A stretch of 64,000 nucleotides of DNA from Peribolospora baueri. Taxonomy: Eukaryota. Of this stretch, positions 38,491-51,753 are shown piece after piece. Location of the stretch: assembly GCA_029717555.1 (NCBI GenBank), contig JAMDHS010000021.1, positions 124,001-188,000 of the forward strand, given 5' to 3'. The stretch's first letter is position 1. Each line of letters begins with the position of its first letter. The position numbers were made by a program, and so were the translations under genes. A model generated the notes under the pieces. The model made no database searches. It was not told the DNA's origin and saw nothing but the letters and a program-made list of their open reading frames with translations.

Positions 38491-41400
38491 TCAGTGCTCG
38501 TGCTCGTGCTGCTGCTGGACACCCTCCATGGACGGTTGAGCACCGATGTGGACGAGCGGCGGACTCGGCGGGCGTCCTCCGCCCGCGCCGTTGGCTGCAT
38601 GGCCGTTTCCGCCGCCTCTGGTCACAGACCCGAAGCCCAGCTTGCCCAGCCCAGCCCCGCCGCCCTTCTGGCCGTACACCTGACTGAGTTTGCGGGCCGC
38701 CTTGATCTCCTTGCTCCTCCTCTTCGCCTCCTCCTTCTCCAGCCTCTCCCTCTCCTTCTTTTCCTGCTCCTCCGCCTGCTTCCGCGCTCGCACCAGGTCT
38801 TTTTGGTCCTTCTTGCTCAGCGGCGCAACGGGAGGCGGGAAGGGTACGGGCGCAGCGTGCGGGTCGGGAGCCGTACCCGGCTGTGCCCACGGACGGTGAG
38901 GCGTTGGCGCTGCGGGGGAGATAGGCGCCGTGACGGGGGAGGCGTGCATGCCAGCCGTCCGAGTCGGCAAAGATAGGTCTGCAGCCACGATGAATGGTCT
39001 AATGGGACGGATGGTCATCGTCGGCGACGATGACGGGCTTCCCGCGTCTGCGCCCGAGCCGACGACTCGCTGCTGAGCCGTCTTCTCCTCTCGCGCGAAC
39101 GACTGCATCCGCCCCAAATCGCCCGCCTCGGCCTCCTTTGGTCCGCGTCCGCTACCAGCCACAGCGCTCCCGACCCTCTCCTCCCTCGTCGCCGCTGGCG
39201 ACGCAGGCGCGTACGAAGACATGGGGGAGATGGAGGGATGATGGGGCGCCTTCGAAGGCGTCAAACCCGTCAACGCTGCTACGCCGGAGCTGGCTGTCGT
39301 GGCCGAACTGGAGTCGTCCGTGACGAGGTCGCTCGGGTAAGGCGAGTTGCCTCGGCTCGCCGGAGGACTGGCCATTCTGTTGTTCGCAACGCCATGCTGA
39401 TGAAGCGCGTTGCCCGAGCCCGAAGCTTGGCCTATCAAGTTGGACGCCGCCGCGGACGGCGCGTAAGGTCGAGGCGCGACAATCTCGATCTCTCCCTCAG
39501 GACGATCGCAACTGCTCCCAGAGCTGGAACTCGTCAGGATTGTCCCTCCGGAATCGTTATCAGTGCTGGACGAAGGAGCCATCGGCATGGGCGGAGCCGT
39601 CGCGGACGCGGTCTCGCCGATCGCAGTCGAAGGTCGAGACAGACGCCCGTCCTTCTTGTCCTTCTTGTCCTTTCCTTCCTTCTCCTTCTTCCTCGACCCG
39701 AACCACCCGCTCGTACTCCCCTTCTCCTTCTCCTTCTCCTGGTCCCTCTCCTTCTCCTTGCTCCCGCCGGACGGCTTTCCAAACGCGGAGGAATGGTGGC
39801 CAAACGGCTCTGCCGCAACCACCTGGCCGTGGTGGCTCGCTGAACGCGTGCGGTTCCACAAATTGGCCACCTTCAGCGGGCCGTCCACGCTATTGGGCGG
39901 CGGCGGCGGCGGAGCCGATAGTAGCGGGCCGGCGCTACCCGCATCAGGTGTCACGGGCCTCGAGTTTCTGGCAGTCGCAGGCGTCGTCCTGCCGTCTGAC
40001 GAGACAGCCTCTCCAGGCGCGACCGCCGGTGGCGTGCTAGCCTGGCGTTGGTGCGGGTACGGGTGTGGGTTCTGTTGCTGTTGCGATAGCGGAGCCTGCA
40101 AATGACTCTTTGTGACGACAGAGGATCGAGACGAAGAGTGGACGTCGTGCTGTCGCTGTGTAGCAGAGATCTGCTGGGACGTAGCGGTCGCATCGCTCAT
40201 AGGTGATCCAACGGTGCCACCGGCGCTGACGGGTGGCAGAGGACGGGAGACGTAGGCCAGGCCGGGCGTTTGCCCCGGTACAGGTGGCGGTTCGAAGGGC
40301 TCCGATGATCGCGGACGGTTCAGCCCAAGCTTTTCAATGTCCAGTCCGACGGCCTGATAAAAGAGCACGTAGCCTGAGCCAAGCCCCGGCTTATCGCCAA
40401 AGTACTTGGAGAGCTCAGACTCGTCAATGCTCGACACGGTGTCGTCGTCGCAGACTACCCATCGTCCTCGGCATTTGACCAAGGCGATATAGTGCCCGTG
40501 TGTTGGACCGCTGCAGGACAGGAAAAGGACACGACGAAGGCGAAGGGGAGGAGATCAGCACATGGAACAATCCGGTCGAACGCATCGCGTTCACAAAGCA
40601 CCTTCAGAAAAAAAAGGGGCACTCACGATCCGATATGGACGACAACAGCGAACAGTTCATAAAGCCGGTCCGGGTCCTCGGCGTCGTCGGTTGTATTGAA
40701 GAGCCGAAGCTCGAGCGGGAAAGGGACGCGGTAGGCAAGCTTGACGTACCGCTTGAGGTCGTCCTGGTACTTGAAGCGTTTGAGGTGGAGGGCGAGCACC
40801 TGCGGGAGGCGACCAATTTTCATCCTATTCGAAATCGAGCCAAACAAAGGATAAGAAAAAAACACAAAGACGCTTCAGCGCTCTCCGTACTGGCCTCGTG
40901 GCCAAGGCAATCAAAGCAAAGCGCAAAGCAAAGCGTACCTCTTCTCAGCCTCCCTTAGTCCCCCACATCTGTCGCACCAAAACCGATTCTTCGCGAGCAG
41001 CATCTCCTTCTCGCTAAAGCTCCTCAGACAGCTACCCAAGCTGGCGTTCTTCTCAATGTCGACGCTGAGGTCGAGGAAGCTCTCGTCGCGGCGGGTAACG
41101 GTGCGGCAGGAGAGACAGCGGGTCTCATTGGTGAGAGTGCCTTCGAAAAGTTTGTGGATCAGCGTCTTGGGAGGCGGTACGGCGTTTGACATCGAGGTCG
41201 AAGCTTGAGCTGGGGTTGGAGAGGCCGCTGCTGGTGCGGAAGTAGCGGCAGAGACTGGCAAAGGTGGTGGTTTGGAAGGGGCAGGAACGGACATGGCATG
41301 AGCAGAGGTGGAGTGAGGGGGCGGGGTGGCAGGCAAAGCCGAGCTGGCGGCCGATGAGGTGGACGAGCCGTACGACGCGGTGGAAGACAGCGAGGACGAT

Positions 41401-43272
41401 CCGCCGCCCAAGTTGCTCGACGCAGAATCTGCCAAACTTCCCGTGCTCGTCTCCGCGAGACCTTCCCCCGTGGCACCATTACCGTGGTCACCCTGCCGCA
41501 CCTTCTTTCCAGCTTCCTGCATCCCCATCGCCGCCTCTGCCCCCACGGCCCGAGCCGCCTTCGCCCTCCTCTCCTCCAACTCCTCCAAATCCTCCGCAAC
41601 TCTGTTGAGCAGGAAACCCAAAAACTCGTGCGCATCCTGATGCATCGTGCTACGAAACAGCTCGTTCTCACGCTTGAGCTTCTGAACGAACGCGTGAGGG
41701 GCGATGGGCTGCTGAGAGGGCTGCCGAGAAGGGTTGGTGAGTGGGAGGGAGCGAATGAGAGAAAAGAGGTCACGGAGGGTGGTAAAAAGCGTTTCCGTGT
41801 GCACCCGTGCCTGCGCTGCTGGCTGCGTGAGAGTCACGCCGGGAGCGAGACCGGGGGAGTGGCCGTCCTGGCTATCAGCGGCGGAAGGAGCGCTTGCAGA
41901 GGTCTGCGGGACGACCTCTTTGTCGGTGCCCCGCAGTCCATTGGCTGACGCATAGGCGGTAGCGGCTGAATCCGCCGTCCCGTTCTGGTGCGCTATCCTA
42001 TCGCTCCGCACGACCTCGTCCGTCGACGAAGGCCGGCCAGTAGGAGCGCCCTCTGCGACAGTGACGGCTGAACGGGTGGAGACGGGCAACGGCGATGTGG
42101 TCTGAACCGGACTCGTCGATGTGCTCCTTTGCCCCGCCTGAGGCGTCTTGTCGTTCGCACGGTCGACGCCACTTTGTGATCGGCTTTGGAACGACGACGC
42201 CCTCATGGAGCTCAGGCTTGCCCTCCTCTTGTGACTGCCCTCCTTGCCCTGTCCGCCGGCTCCCCAGAAGCCGTTCGTAGCCGACAAGGTGGTCCCGGTG
42301 GCGGTCGTGGGCCGCGTGCCGGCTGATCGACCGGCGCCAGTGCCGTACGTCTTATTCGACCCCATGCTCGTTCGACGACGGAGGGCATTGGCACCACCGG
42401 AAGAAGCGCCGCTGTCTTTGGAGAGTGGCATTGCAAGGGAAGATGGAGAGTTTGTAGAGGCAGCTGTCATGGTCTCATGTGACGGATGGCGGGGGGAACC
42501 GGGGGTGACAAAGCTGTAGCTGCTTGGTGGCGGTGCACCAGAAGCGGGACGAGCGTGAGGCGACGTGCTAGGAGCACTGGTCTTGCGAGAGCGAGCACTG
42601 TGAGGCGGAGGAGCGGGCGAAGGATGGTGTTGTGTCGGCGCGGACGATGTCGTCAACGGCGTCGAACCTTCCGACATGGTCTCCCCGGTGGCGGGCGGCA
42701 AGCTCCAGCATACTTCGCCAGCATGCAAGCCGGGCGCAGAGGCAGGTTGGGGGAAAGGATAGGGGAGATCATATCCGACGAGGGATTCCCGAAATGGGGG
42801 GCAGAAGTAGAGCGCTTGGAGAATTGAGTTGGCGTAGCTGGGCAAGGGAAAGAGGGCATGCGACGAGGTGAGCGATACTCGCGAGACCTGGAGCATAGGA
42901 TCGGGACAAGAGAGGCAAAGCCGGCTTAGGAGTTGCTCTCACCACGTATTACCAAACTGAGAATGAGATTGGGTGCGAGAGATCAAGCAAAGATGAAAGT
43001 GTGAGCGTAGCTGTGAATGGGAACCGAAGCCGAACGTCCCGCCACGGCCCGCCCCATATCCTTGCTCGCCACTGACTCGACTGCAAGGCGACCGATCTGT
43101 CGTTCGCTTCTCACCACCTCAGAGAACGGGACGGGCGACTCACATTCTCCATGCCAAAGAGCCTATCCTCGGGCTGCTCGCTCTTGTTCACCTCGCCATA
43201 GGCTGCCTGTGATCCGCCTTTGGAGGGCGTGCCGGCGTTGCCGCCCACGCCCATCCATCGAAGGAAAGCCAT
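38491..43272 (-). CDS. Ubiquitin-specific protease, USP12/USP46 (CreB, Ubp9/13) family, with long low-complexity inserts
   Basis: Cys box [73 protein letters not shown], His box [22 protein letters not shown]. Confidence 0.93.
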
Positions 43273-43827
43273 CGTCGCGCTTAACGAATCGGACTGGACG
43301 ACCTGACCGGAGGGAGCGCGACAAGGGGGTGGCGAAGCAGATAGAGAGGGAAGAGGGGGCGTCTCGGTGGATGCGCCTTGGTCGACACTGTACGACGACC
43401 GACTTGTTTCTGTGGTGCAAACTGGATCCGTGCGAGTCGTGCGACCGCTGTCGACCCCGTTCGTCCTCGGCCTCGACCGCGACCTCGACCTCGGCGTCGC
43501 TCGACCTCGCTTGTAGACACTTGAGAGCGGAGCGGTTAGGCAGCGTGGTGCAAGCTAGATGGGCGGAAGTAAAGGTGCGGGAGAGGCAGGCCGGGGCGAG
43601 TGGTGGAGAGGTCGGAAGGGGAAGGGAAGGCAAGGGAGATTGCGTCGGGGCGGACGCGGCAGCCGGGGTTGCCGCAGTAGCGATCGGCAAGTGATCGGGC
43701 TTGTGGCCGCGCCGAGGAGACGGACTGCGGAGGGGGTTGTCCATCCATAGATACCGACATCTCTTCTCTTTCTTCTTCTCTGGACAAGACATCGACACCA
43801 TTTGGACAACAGCAAGCTTCTGCCGTC

Positions 43828-45401
43828 ATGGCTCTCGCCCACCCCAGCCCGTTCAGGTGAGCCCACGCGCAGCTCCCGGCGCTCGCGGACAAACAACGGC
43901 TCAGCATCTCCCCTCCGCCCCACCCAGCCGCGCAGGCACCCCCCATCCCCAGTGCCAGCTCGGCTGGGTTGGCCTCGGCAACATGGGCCTGCCCATGGCC
44001 ATCAACCTGCAGAAGTCGCTCTCGGAGCGACAGCCCCCGCTCCCCCCGCTCGTCGTGTACAATCGCACGCGGTCCAAGGCCAAGCCTCTCGAAGACATGG
44101 GATGCATCTGCGTCGACTCTCCCGAAGAGGTAGGGGCAAGGTGCGACCTCGTGTTCACTAGCCTGTCCAACGACGCCGTCGCCAGGGAAATATACGCACA
44201 GCTATTCAAGGGCCAGGAGCGTTCTACTGCTGGACATGGGTATGCTGAGAATGCGAGCCTTTACGTCGACACCAGCACGCTCTATCCCACCACTGCCGGT
44301 GAGCCCCAGACCGCGTGATGATATCAGGTCGTGTACGTACGCACAGCAGGCGACCGGTCCTCTCATGCGCGCTATTTCTTGGCTTGCTTTTGCAGGCGAG
44401 CTTGAGAGACTCGCTTCCGCGGTGCCCTACCGACATTTCCTCTCCTGTCCCGTCTTCGGCCCTCCTCCCATGGTATGTGACCAAGCACACCGGCACTCCC
44501 TCGCTTCCGCCCGTCCTTTCTGGCTGACCATCACTTGCCTTTCTATTCAACACAGGCCAGAGAGGCAAAGTTGGTGTGGGCTGTCTCGGGAAGCTATCAC
44601 GCCAAGAAATTTGTTGCCCAGTTTCTCGTACCCGCTATGGGAAGGAAGATCATGGACCTAGGCAGCAACGTGGAGAGAGGTAAGTCGCGCCAGCCTGCAG
44701 CTTGAAGGGGCCCAGCCATATCAAGCCATTCTCGTTTGTCAATTCCTCACACTTTCCTCTCTCACTCGACTCAACTCCTTTCCAATGCAGCGGCTTCTTT
44801 CAAGCTCATTGGTAACGCCATGATCCTCTCCACGATCGAGATGCTGGCTGAGTCCATGACGCTCGCTGACAAGACCGGCGTCGGCGCAGACAAGCTATGT
44901 GAGCGAAAGCGGAAGGGGGAAGACTTGTGCTCTTAGTGTCTATTCGCTCGTGTCGGCGATGACTCAACGTCCATTTGCTCGACCCACCTTCTCTCTTCCC
45001 CCATCGTCTCGTCCTACATGCCCACGATGCGATGTCTCCTTGTCGCCGCAGACGAATGGGTCCGGGAGTTCTTCCCTGCACCTTCAGCCATTGGCTACGG
45101 TAACAAGATTCTGACGAACCAATTTAGCAGCGAGGAAGGCTTTAGCCTTTCGGGCGGCATCAAGGATGCCACGCATATCCGCAAGCTCGCAGAGAGCGTC
45201 GATTGTCCCTTGCCCATTATCGACATTGCCCATCAGCACATGGTCGCCGCCCGCGCCAACGGCGGTTCCAATCTCGATTGGTCGTCCCTCGTCGGCGGAC
45301 AGCGCATCGCCAGCGGACTCAAGCCGTTCACCACCGAGGACTTTCTCCTTCGCCAGCGACCTGACGTCAGCGGCAAGCAGGACGAGGACGAGGCAGCATG
45401 A
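43828..45401 (+). CDS. NAD(P)-dependent beta-hydroxyacid dehydrogenase (3-hydroxyisobutyrate/6-phosphogluconate dehydrogenase-like)
   Basis: LGWVGLGNMG, VYNRTRSKA, VDTSTLYP, CPVFGPP, catalytic FKLIGN, GGIKDATHI, LDWSSLV. Confidence 0.9.
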
Positions 45402-45926
45402 CGGGTTGCGGGTGGCATTGTGGTGTGCGATGTGCCGTTTGTCCGTCTACCTCTGGCGAGCCTCTCGGCCATCTAACACATCGGCCACAGGGGAGGGAGA
45501 GGAGTGAGCGAACATACGGAGACGAGTGGCATGCGAGAGTGGATGCTGGACATGCCACGTTCAAGAAGGAAAAGGCGGAGGTTTGAGCATGGAGAAGAGA
45601 CAGGCGATGATGATACGGCGACCTGAAGCCCGCCGCCGACGAGGACGAGCCGTCGAGTCGGGGCGAGCGGTAGATAGGCCCTAGTCGCGGCAGAACACGA
45701 ACGGGGGCTCCCAGCTCCAAATCGAATCGCCCCTTCCATGTCACTCAGTAGAAATACAGCATAAATAAAGCGTAGTGCGGGAACAGCGACCCGTGCTCGT
45801 ACACTTCTTCGCCTCTCGCAGGCGTGCGATGGATGATGACCGACCGATCGTGCACAGCCGATGCGACGCGTACGAGCGTAAATCACGCCGTCTTTGGCTG
45901 CTGGCTGTGACCCCCCACCCGCCGCC

Positions 45927-48900
45927 TCAAAGCATCTTTTTCCCCCTCTCGTCCGCCTCGAGCGCCAGCCCGACGTCCTCCTCCGACACGCCATACAAGC
46001 TCACCCTAGCCCCATCGCCTGCTCTGCCCGGCTCGGCGAGGACGGCGCGGAGAGCGGTGAGCGAGGCAAGCACGCGCGAGAGGTCGCAAGGTGTCGGGAG
46101 GGGAGTGAGCGCGTGCAGGCGAGAGAGGGACAGGTGAACCGAAACGACCTGTGCGTGACCAAGTTACGCGCGTATCATGCGTCCGAGAAGGGCAGTCGAG
46201 TCAGCGACAGAAGGACAAGACCAGACTGGCAGCGTCCGACAGGACCCACCTCGCCCCATCTTACCCCCTCGCCTGTCCCCTCCTTCCTCATGGCCCTCAT
46301 GATCGCGAGCAACAGCACCTTCTGATGAATGCCCAACTTCGTCAGGTGCGCCACCTTAGTGCTCTTGACCATCTCCGCAAACACTCTCGTAGCGTCCTTG
46401 ATCGTCACCTTCCTCGAAGCCGGCGCGGCCCCGTCCGCCCCGGCCGAGACGAGCTCCACCGCGCGCCGGCACACGTCCAACGCCTTTCGAGCGTCTCCGC
46501 TCACATTGCTCACCCGCTTGGCGACGTACGTGACGGCGACGGGATCGAAGAGTGTCCCAGCCACCTTCTTATCCATCTCCTCGTCTGTCATCTTCGACAT
46601 GACCGTCGATGATATGCCAGCAGAGCCGAAGGAGACCGCTGCGCGGAGACGAGACTGGACGATAGATGCCAGCTGCGAGTCTGTGTATGGTTGGAATGGA
46701 ATGCGCACCATGCCTTTTGCCGAGACCATTCGAAACGAGACGGGTGCGGCGCCCAGCGAAGAGGAGGACAGAAAGGAACAGACAATTATACGTACCTGAT
46801 CGTCAGACGCTCTATCCCCGTGCATTTAAAACGAAAAATGTTCACCATAACGGTCAACCTCTCACTCACCCAATCGGCTCGCAACTTTCTGGTTGAGCAC
46901 CCTCTCGGGCAAGTCCATCGTATTGGCGACGGCTACGACGACGAGACGCGAGTGGGCCAGGTTGGGCCAGTTGAAAAAGTTGTACATGACGTCTTGTTTC
47001 GCCGTCACCAGCTGGTCCAGCTCGTCCATTAGCACGACGCTGGTAGCAGACAATCAATGTGGAAGCAGAGCAGGGAGCAGGGCGCGGAGAGCGGAACGGG
47101 GGTAAGAGAGAGCGCAAGGAGGTCAGTCGATTGTGGCTCGGTCTTTGCATCGAAAGCTAAAACATGACTCCGCCCGCTCACCAAGCGTGCCTACCAGGCC
47201 CCCTCCTCTCAAAGTGCTTCTCCAACAGTCCGAGTGCATGCTTGGGTGTCACCCTGTCTCCACCGCTAAGGCTCTCCCACAATAATGAATAGGCTTGCGC
47301 GGGGTCAGAGACCTTCATGCCGTTGATCTCGACAAAGTTGAACGGGTTGATCTCCTGTGCACGTCCAAAGAAGACGCAGAATACGATTTTCAATCAAGAA
47401 AACAGAGAGATACTGAGAACTGAGAAAGTTAAATGAAGACGTGCGACACACCTGTCGCTCCGCCTTTTCGTGAAGGGCTCGCACTACTTCTCGTACCGTT
47501 GCTGTCTTCCCGGTCCCTGGGACGCCGGAAATATCTATGGCACAGAGCAGGTCAAGGGGCCAGCCTTTGTAGTTAGCAGTGAGACCAGAACCAGCCGCGC
47601 TCCTTCCTTCCGATGCCTCACTCACAAATACAACCCCCTTCGCCCATCTCCACAGCATCCTCTAAATGTGCCATCACCTCCTCGTACTCGTCCTCCCGAC
47701 ACGGTAACGTCTCGGGCGTCGCGCCGACGTGGAGAAGTGCTTTGGCTCGGTCGTGCAAGGAGAGCTTCGTGAGAGAGGTTGAGAGAAGCAGGCGGCGCAT
47801 TGGGAAGGTGACTGTGTTTGTTGCACGTTGCAGGCTGCTAACCAAAAGGGAAGTTTCCAGTCAATGGACATCTAAGTCTCCACGCGGTTGCTCGGCCGTT
47901 CTCAGCGACGAGGAACGATCGTTTCACCTGAAACGTTTTCGAGCCTTGAGCGCTCTCCTGCTTCTCGGCGTCGGCCTGGCCTTGACAGGACTGCTCAAAG
48001 CCGACCTCTTCCTCGTTCCAGGAAGTTTGTTTCTGCCTCGCTTCCGCTTTGAAGGTGTCCTCGGCCCAACACCATCGTCCACGCTGCCTTCCATCTCCGC
48101 TTCGTCCGGTATGTCGTTCTCGCTCGCGAGTCCATCGTCGACGGGGGCTGCTGCAAATTCGTCCTCGCTTTCCTCATCCTCCGAGGAGGATGAGGATGCG
48201 TGTTCGTCCAAGTCAGATTCGCTCAGAGACTCCAGACTGATCTGCACCGTCTTTCGTCTCTTGCTCGGCGTCTCAGGCTCGACGGTGGAGGTGTTTCTCC
48301 CTTTCTGGGGGGACCTCGCCACTACCCCAACGACATCCGGCTTTTCACTCTCCACTGCGTCCTTCAAATCCCACCTTCCACCTTCGATTCCTCTCTTCAG
48401 AGCCTTCTCCCAGTCGAAGACGAACCAGAGGCCCTTCTGATCGTCCACCGCTCTGTTGCACACCAAATCGATAGGAAAATGCTTGCCTTGGTGTCTGATC
48501 GTCCGCCCAGCAAACGTTGCTTGCCTTCGCCTCGCGCTACCTTTGCCGAGAGCCACCCTCTTCGCCTTGCCTTTCCGGCCCAAGTCGCGCTCGGAGACGG
48601 CCGCTTCAAAGGCTTCAGCGGTGGGGAAGACGGTGCATTTTGACAGGATATCGCTGATCGGCACGTTCTCGTAGACGGGACTGTTGGTCTGCGACGGCAT
48701 TCGCTCATCTGTTTCATCAGCTAAAGGAGAAGCGGCAGCCGGGGCGGCCGCCGAATTGGAGTCGACGGTAGCAGGGGAACCTGAGTGCTTAGCGGACTGC
48801 TTCTCCGGTGTGTCAAAGTTGAGGGAGCGCGGGTTGTTCACCACACCGGCCTTCGCTGAATTGCGAGAGCGGCGAGTGGAGATATGCGATACCTTGTGGT

Positions 48901-49451
48901 CGTGGCTGTAGAAGACCTCGTTCTGTCGAGGGCGAAGGGAACAGCGGATAGCGGAAAGTGTCGAGTGGAAGGCGTAGAGTGTCATCGGAGAACGTAAGAG
49001 GAAGTGAGTTGGTGAAAAAACGCAAGCGCAAAGATCTGTGTGTACGCACCTCCACCCATTGCCTTCTCTGTTTGGTCATGAACGACAGCTCGTCTGGTGG
49101 TATCAAAAACCTGATAACTGCCCACCGTTCATTGGCATCTGAGCCGGCCTCCTCCCTGAATCCATACAGCTCCACGATCACCCCGTACCAAGGGTTAATG
49201 CCGGTATCAATAATAATTACGTCTCCTATGCAAAATGTCTCCGTAAGACCATGTTCTCCGTCGGCGGTAGTAGACGAGGAGAAGGGATCGCCGAGCCGGT
49301 GGGGTAGGTCGGAGAGGGCTGCGTGGCGAGCGGAGGCGCCGCGCGTGCGTTGTTTTGGGACGGGGTAGGTGCGGGTGAACGATTTGTAAAAGAGGCGAGA
49401 GGGGAAAGTGGGTACGGTGAAGGGCTCGCCATCAAACTGATTTTGGGCCAT
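45927..49451 (-). CDS. ORC1: Origin recognition complex subunit 1 (BAH-like N-terminus plus AAA+ ATPase)
   Basis: [14 protein letters not shown], Walker [22 protein letters not shown], Walker [43 protein letters not shown]. Confidence 0.95.
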
Positions 49452-49535
49452 GGCTGATCTGAGAGCTGGCGACGACCTTGGGCATTGCAAGCGAGCTGTC
49501 GGGAGGCCAACTGGAGATGTCATCCAGACGCGCTC

Positions 49536-49545
49536 ATTTACGCGC
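49536..49545 (-). promoter_or_regulatory. MCB/SCB-like element GCGCGTAAAT upstream of ORC1
   Basis: About 85 bp upstream of the ATG, with a second ACGCG core next to it at ~49528. Confidence 0.45.
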
Positions 49546-49804
49546 TTCTTCGCCGACTGCGGCGACCACTAACGACGGCTTGATCGGCACTGCAGTCGTC
49601 GACATTTCAGTGCTCGTCTCGTCTCGTCTTTCTCCTTTCCGCGCTGAAAGCCTACACTGTATCGTCAAAAAAAGACAGCGTATTGCAAACGGCATACAGG
49701 AATTCACACGATGGCTATCACGTTCTGACGACGAAGCAAACCAACAAACTAGCATCCGCCAGAGGGCGACGATAAAGTCAGGCGAGCAAGGGGAGCTCTG
49801 CGGT

Positions 49805-51753
49805 TCACACAGATTGGCCGAGTTGAGCTTTCTGTAAGTTCATAACACAAACGCACGCATCATTCAGCCTCTAATCACTCCTTCAGATTAGCATGTCCTG
49901 TCGTCCCTGATCAGTACCCACCAGTTGAAGAATGCTTGCTCGTTGATCAGGGGGCAAGTTGTTAATCTGCTCCGGGGTGAGCTGTAGGACTTGCATGAGG
50001 AGTTGCTAGAAAAATCGAGAAGAGAACCAAGACGGGGAAGCGTGAGTACAAGTACGGCCGAACAGCCAGGGCAGCGCGCGTGTTGGTCGGCCAAGCCCTC
50101 TCAAGTAAAGGACATCGATCTCCTACCCTGTGCTGCTCCTGTTGCAACTGCGGCTGATTCTGCGCCGGTGGAGGCTGGGCTTGCGCCTGTGGAGGTGTGC
50201 TAACGTGCTGTGGTGGTGGGGGCGCAAGAGCCGCGCCACCGTATCCCACACCGACCGGCGGAGTGCCGTACCCGGCCACAGCGGCTTGAGGAGGCATAGG
50301 CGGGGGGCCGGGAGGGGCGCCGGGGGCGGCACCTGGGCGGTTACGCGGGTCACGCGGGTCCATGTTGGGTACCGGTGGACGCGGCGCAGCGGCGGCAGGT
50401 CCCGGAGGCGTGGCGTAAGAAGGGGTAGGTCCAGGGCCTGGCTGAGGTGCTGGTGCCGATGTGGCGGCGGAGGCGGAGGCGGCGAGGATTCGCTGCGAGA
50501 TATGAAGAGCAGTCGAGAAGACGAGGAAGCAAGTCGGCATGTGATGATAGAGCTGGTCAATAAGAGCTTCTTATACAATTTCTATCGTCTTCACTAGGAA
50601 AGAGACGAGCCGCACCCACCTGCAGAATAGAAGAATCCACTACGTTCATCATAAGCATGGCCTGAAAGAGCGCGTACGCGAGTTGAGGGTGGGCGCTCAG
50701 CAAAGCTCGCGCCTGCTCAGGTGAGGTCATCACGAGCGACTGAAGGAAAGAGAGCGGAATGAGCGATGACAATTCTCCGAGAAGAACCGTCCAATACACA
50801 TTCAGAAAAAAGGCAGCACATATGTTCTCACCTTCATTTGACTCATGATATCCAACAGCTGATTCGGGGGCATGTTGGCCAACGTATTTGTGATGCTGTC
50901 CGTGGCCTTGACGCCCGGCGGAACGGGGATGCCCATCGGCAAGCCCGGGGGCAACACTCCATGGTCACCTCCTCCACCACCGCCGCCATGTCTGTGCGGC
51001 CCGCCGCCTCCGCGAAAGTCTCCCCGGCCGTCTCTTCGCACATAGTCTCGCGGAGGCGCGTAGTCCGAGTCGATGAACTGGCCCATGGACGTGGTTTTGC
51101 CTTCGTGCAAGGGGTGCGTCTCTGCAAAGTCGATTCGTAGCGGTCGGCCGCCCACGTCGACGTCATTCAAGTTTCGCACCGCTGATGCGGCCGTCTCTGG
51201 GTCTGTATGGAAGGTTAGAAGACAGAAGGCATTGGTTAAGGGCGGAGATGAGGGCGTGCGTGCGAAAAGGCCGCTTTTAGATTCAACAGAGGGACGGAAA
51301 ACCTGCTCACCCAAGAATTCGCAAAACCCATACCCCTTCGGCTTTCCTGAATCTCGATCAAAGACGAGTCTGTATGGACGAGAGGAATCCCTGATGAGTT
51401 CCTTGGCACTACCCGTCGATCCGCCAGGATGGGGCGACTCAAGAAGCTTGTGGCATCCCAACAAGCCTCCAATACACGTCGACGCGAGAGCACTGACCGA
51501 AATCCAGCCACAGGGCCAACCTCGCGAAAGACGTGAATGAGCTGCTCCTCGGACATATCGTAGGGGATATTCCCCACTGAGCACCCAGGAGGGAACCGAG
51601 ACGAGAGGAGACAATTGCCAGAAGAAAAGCGAAAGCGTGGGTGAGTTACCAGTTGCCCCCGATTGCAAAAATGTCCGCTCGCTCATCTCTTCTTCCAAAC
51701 GTGCTATTTTCCTCACCGAACACGACCTTGGATCCCCTGGATGCGATGGTCAT
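49805..51753 (-). CDS. RNA15: Cleavage stimulation factor 64-kDa subunit / Rna15
   Basis: RRM VVFVGNIPYDMSEEQL...LVFDRDSGKPKGYGFCEF, hinge domain PEQARALLSAHPQLAYALFQ, C-terminal LLMQVLQLTPEQINNLPPDQR. Confidence 0.94.

Noticed and set aside
45399..45476. Stop-codon read-through or cryptic peroxisomal targeting (TGA CGG here; also checked the O-methyltransferase, ADH and FAD oxidoreductase ends)
   Set aside because: None has the TGA CTA context, and none of the in-frame extensions ends in a PTS1 tripeptide
49885..49898. AGATTAGCATG resembling the U6 snRNA core
   Set aside because: Lacks the adjacent ACAGAGA box and the rest of U6; it is the antisense of an RNA15 intron
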